64,000 bases of DNA from an uncultured Desulfovibrio sp. (lineage in GTDB: Bacteria > Desulfobacterota > Desulfovibrionia > Desulfovibrionales > Desulfovibrionaceae): positions 31,121 to 95,120 of the forward strand of contig NZ_CABSIF010000004.1 in the NCBI RefSeq assembly GCF_902477725.1, written 5' to 3'. Positions 60,641-64,000 of this stretch are shown in pieces (within the stretch, counting starts at the first letter, position 1; each line of letters opens with the position of its first letter). Under the pieces are notes generated by a model. It searched no databases and was not told the origin of the DNA. It was given only the letters and a program-made list of their open reading frames with translations. The translations under genes were made by a program, and so were the position numbers.

Positions 60641-61519
60641 CTAGTTGGCTTCAAGAGCCAAAGCAACAGTCATGGCCTGACGGGCCGCAACAACATCGTG
60701 CACTCTATGCCAGAACACGCCCTTGCCGCGCAGTATTGCTGTGGCCGTGGCTGTTGCCAGACCGCGCTCCTGCGGCGGCAGGCCCAGAAGCCCGCCAAAA
60801 ACCGATTTCATGGACAGAGCCATGAGCACGGGCCGCCCAAGCGCGAGCCAGTCTTCCGGGTGCGCCAGCAGGGTGAGGTTGTGTTCAAGCGTCTTGCCAA
60901 AACCGATGCCGGGGTCAAGCACAATGCGGTCTTCCGGCAGGCCCGCCCGCACCAGACGCGACATCTCGTGCTCAAAAAATTCCAGCACTTCACGGCGTAC
61001 ATCTGTGTAGCGCGGATCGCGCTGCATGGTCTGCGGGCGGCCTTGACTGTGCATCAGCACATAGCCAGGCTTGTACTGCACAAGTACATCCAGCAGGGCG
61101 GGATCAAAGGCGCAGGCCGAAATATCATTGATGATGGCTGCCCCCATGTCCAGCACAGCGGCAGCCGTGGCGGCATGGTAGGTATCAACAGAGATTACGG
61201 CTCCGGGAGCAGCCTGACGCAGTCCTGTCAGAACTGGCAGCAGGCGCTCGGTTTCCTGCTGGGGGGGCAATTCCGCGGCTCCGGGCCGCGACGATTCCGC
61301 GCCAAGGTCAAGAATATCTGCACCCTGGTTGCGCAGGGTCAGTGCATGGTTGAGGCCCGGTGCCGGGGCATTGTGGCGGCCCCCGTCATAAAAGGAATCC
61401 GGGGTCAGATTTACAATGCCCATGACGCCAAAGGGGGAGGGCGTCTTCAACGCCCGCCCCCCAAGAATATGCCAATCTGCGCCCCTGGAAAGAGCGGCTG
61501 GGCAAATGCTATCGGTCAT
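60641..61519 (-). CDS. folP: Dihydropteroate synthase
   Basis: MGIVNLTPDSF.DGG, GAESSRPG, INDIS, DPGIGFGK, RVHDV. Confidence 0.95.
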   Translation of the reverse strand: MTDSICPAALSRGADWHILGGRALKTPSPFGVMGIVNLTPDSFYDGGRHNAPAPGLNHALTLRNQGADILDLGAESSRPGAAELPPQQETERLLPVLTGLRQAAPGAVISVDTYHAATAAAVLDMGAAIINDISACAFDPALLDVLVQYKPGYVLMHSQGRPQTMQRDPRYTDVRREVLEFFEHEMSRLVRAGLPEDRIVLDPGIGFGKTLEHNLTLLAHPEDWLALGRPVLMALSMKSVFGGLLGLPPQERGLATATATAILRGKGVFWHRVHDVVAARQAMTVALALEAN

Positions 61520-63524
61520 TTTCTTTACTGTTGTTCCGGGTGCTCTCGGCTTCGGACGGCTTGGATTCCGCCTGCGCCGATTGCTGCTCCGGCTTCTGCT
61601 CTGCCTTCTGTTCTGGGGCCTGAGCGTCCGTATCTGGTTCAATTACAAATTCAGCACCGGATTTGGCAGCCTTGCCACCCTTGGCGGCAGCGCTGGCGGG
61701 TACGGGTTTGCCGTTGCTGTCGAGCGGAGGCAGCTCCTTGTTGTCCATGAGCAGCTCAAGATCCTCGCCAGTGATGGTTTCGCGATCAAGAAGGGCCTGG
61801 GCAATGCGGTGCAGGGCATCCAGATTTTCCTCAAGCAGCTTGCGGCAGCGGCTGTGCGCGTCTTCCACAATGCGCTTCACTTCCGAATCCACAAGCCGTG
61901 CCGTGTCTTCGCTGAAGTTCTTGTTCTGAACCCATTCGCGGCCAATAAAAACTTCTTCGCCGGTTTCGCCGATGGCCAGTGTACCCACGGCTTCGCTCAT
62001 GCCCCACTCGCAGACCATTTTGCGGGCCATGCGGGTGACGCGTTCAATGTCGTTGGAGGCACCAGTGGTGATATCGTCAAAAATAATTTCTTCCGCCACG
62101 CGGCCACCCAGCAGCACCACCAGATTATTGCGCAGGAAGGTGCGCGAATAGCCGTGTCGGTCTTCTTCCGGCAGCTGCATGGTCACGCCCAGGGCGCGCC
62201 CACGCGGAATGATCGTAACCTTGTGCACGGGGTCGGAACCGGGCAGCAGGCGGGCAGCCAGGGCGTGACCGCCTTCGTGGTAGGCTGTGATGCGCTTTTC
62301 TTCCTCAGAGAGGATAAGGCTGCGGCGTTCGCGGCCCATGAGAACCTTGTCCTTGGCATACTCGAAATCTTGCATGTCCAGGCGATCCTGATTGAGTTTG
62401 GCGGCCTGAAGGGCAGCTTCGTTGACCAGGTTTTCAAGGTCAGCTCCAGAAAAGCCAGGTGTACCGCGAGCCAGCACTTCCAGATCAACATCGCCAGCAA
62501 GAGGCGTGCGTTTGGTGTGCACTTCAAGGATGCGGCGGCGGCCACGCAGGTCGGGCGTGGGCACCATCACCTGACGGTCAAAACGGCCAGGACGCAGCAG
62601 GGCGGGGTCAAGCACATCGGGGCGGTTGGTGGCGGCAATGAGGATAACGCCTTCATTGCTTTCAAAGCCGTCCATTTCCACAAGCAGCTGGTTCAGAGTC
62701 TGCTCGCGTTCATCATGTCCGCCGCCAAGGCCAGCGCCGCGCTGACGGCCAACGGCGTCGATTTCGTCAATAAATATCAGACAGGGCGCGTTTTTCTTGC
62801 CCTGAACAAAAAGGTCGCGAACGCGCGAAGCGCCCACGCCCACAAACATTTCAACAAAGTCTGAGCCGGAAATGGAGAAGAACGGCACCCCGGCCTCGCC
62901 AGCAACGGCGCGGGCCAGAAGGGTTTTACCCGTGCCTGGAGGGCCCACGAGCAACACGCCCTTGGGGATGCGCCCGCCAAGGCGGGTAAACTTTTTGGGG
63001 TTGGAGAGAAATTCCACAACTTCCGAAAGTTCGTCCTTGGCTTCGTCAACACCAGCCACGTCAGCAAAGGTAACGCGGGTGCTGTCCTGATTGAGCAAGC
63101 GGGCGCGCGACCGGCCAAAGCTCATGGCCTTGCCTCCACCGCTCTGCATCTGGCGCATAAAGAAAATCCACACGCCCACCAGCAGCAGCATGGGGAACCA
63201 TGAAACCAGCAGGGTCATGTACCAGGGTTGTTCTTCCGGCGGCTCGGCCTTGATTTCAACCTTTTTTTCGATAAGTCGGTTTACAAGGCCGATGTCCTGC
63301 GGAGCGTAGGACTGCACGGTTTTGCCGTCAGCAGTGCGCCCGATGAGGGTATGGCCCTGAATGGTCACGGACAGGAGCTGCCCGTTGTCCACCTGACTGA
63401 GAAAATCTGAGTAGGGCACCCGCTGGGTGATCCCCTGCGGTTGCTGGAACATATTGAAAAGCATGACCATCGCCAGGACGATTATCGCCCACAGCATCAG
63501 GTTGCGACTTATCTGATTCAACAC
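61509..63524 (-). CDS. ftsH: ATP-dependent zinc metalloprotease FtsH
   Basis: [26 protein letters not shown]. Confidence 0.97.
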   Translation of the reverse strand: MLNQISRNLMLWAIIVLAMVMLFNMFQQPQGITQRVPYSDFLSQVDNGQLLSVTIQGHTLIGRTADGKTVQSYAPQDIGLVNRLIEKKVEIKAEPPEEQPWYMTLLVSWFPMLLLVGVWIFFMRQMQSGGGKAMSFGRSRARLLNQDSTRVTFADVAGVDEAKDELSEVVEFLSNPKKFTRLGGRIPKGVLLVGPPGTGKTLLARAVAGEAGVPFFSISGSDFVEMFVGVGASRVRDLFVQGKKNAPCLIFIDEIDAVGRQRGAGLGGGHDEREQTLNQLLVEMDGFESNEGVILIAATNRPDVLDPALLRPGRFDRQVMVPTPDLRGRRRILEVHTKRTPLAGDVDLEVLARGTPGFSGADLENLVNEAALQAAKLNQDRLDMQDFEYAKDKVLMGRERRSLILSEEEKRITAYHEGGHALAARLLPGSDPVHKVTIIPRGRALGVTMQLPEEDRHGYSRTFLRNNLVVLLGGRVAEEIIFDDITTGASNDIERVTRMARKMVCEWGMSEAVGTLAIGETGEEVFIGREWVQNKNFSEDTARLVDSEVKRIVEDAHSRCRKLLEENLDALHRIAQALLDRETITGEDLELLMDNKELPPLDSNGKPVPASAAAKGGKAAKSGAEFVIEPDTDAQAPEQKAEQKPEQQSAQAESKPSEAESTRNNSKENDR

Positions 63525-63825
63525 TGCCTCCGTTACGTTTTCCGTGCGCGGGGGCGCACGGCCAGGCCGGATATATGGCCAGCACAGTTAAGAAATTACT
63601 ACCTGTATGTGTCTGGTGTCAAATGTTTGTGGGCATTTGCAGTTCAGGCAACAGGGTTTCGGCTGCGCTTGTCTTGTTCATAATAATGCGCAAAAAACAC
63701 TTGGCAATGGAGGTTTGACGTTCAGAAGTCAAAACAGCATGCCGGGTGCGTGTTGCGCATGCTCAAACTGTGCTGCGGGCTTTGCTGCTTTTGCTGTGCT
63801 GCAAAGGCCAAATAAGTTTGCCCTA

Positions 63826-63854
63826 TTGCGGGCAAGGGGCTTTTGCCCTATGGT
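63826..63854 (+). promoter_or_regulatory. Possible sigma70 promoter of tRNA-Sec
   Basis: TTGCGG-17 nt-TATGGT, ending 10 nt before the tRNA. Confidence 0.4.
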
Positions 63855-63864
63855 GCGCCCATGC

Positions 63865-63958
63865 GGAGACGTTTCGTCACCGGTGTGGCGCCCGGTCTTC
63901 AAAACCGGTGGCAGGCCTTGCGGTCTGTGGTAGGTTCGACCCCTATACGTCTCCGCCA
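63865..63958 (+). tRNA. selC: tRNA-Sec (anticodon TCA)
   Basis: 8-bp acceptor stem GGAGACGT/ACGTCTCC + GCCA, anticodon arm CCGGT-CTTCAAA-ACCGG, long variable arm, GGTTCGAC T-loop. Confidence 0.93.
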
Positions 63959-64000
63959 TTCAAACGCTTTTAGCTAGGCTCAGTTGGCTTGCCGTCTTTT

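Overview
This is a GC-rich chromosomal window that looks like Desulfovibrio (inferred from gene content, not from a search). In order, it contains: (1) the 3' end of a hybrid NRPS/AT-less PKS cluster, A(Ser)-PCP-KS-DH-KR-ACP-C followed by a methyltransferase-interrupted A-PCP-TE; (2) an HDOD / GGDEF-EAL / HD-GYP signalling group; (3) a ~15.7 kb co-oriented cluster in which a Tat-less PsrA/PhsA-type molybdopterin enzyme and its 4Fe-4S partner precede an 11-subunit complex I (nuoABCDHIJKLMN, no nuoEFG), followed by a TauE/SafE exporter and a small membrane protein with DUF106/EMC3-like topology; (4) accessory genes: OYE, serine hydrolase, persulfide dioxygenase plus rhodanese, hybrid kinase, beta-carbonic anhydrase, MCP, nitroreductase and modCABD-tautomerase; (5) a DnaA paralogue, two outer-membrane proteins, the ftsH-folP-[diguanylate cyclase]-cdaA-cdaR-glmM-galU-priA block and tRNA-Sec. 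Two small elements with CTAGAGCA termini sit on TAG stop codons. The best candidates for a new system are the molybdoenzyme-fed complex I and the NRPS-PKS. All calls come from motif reading only; no searches were run.
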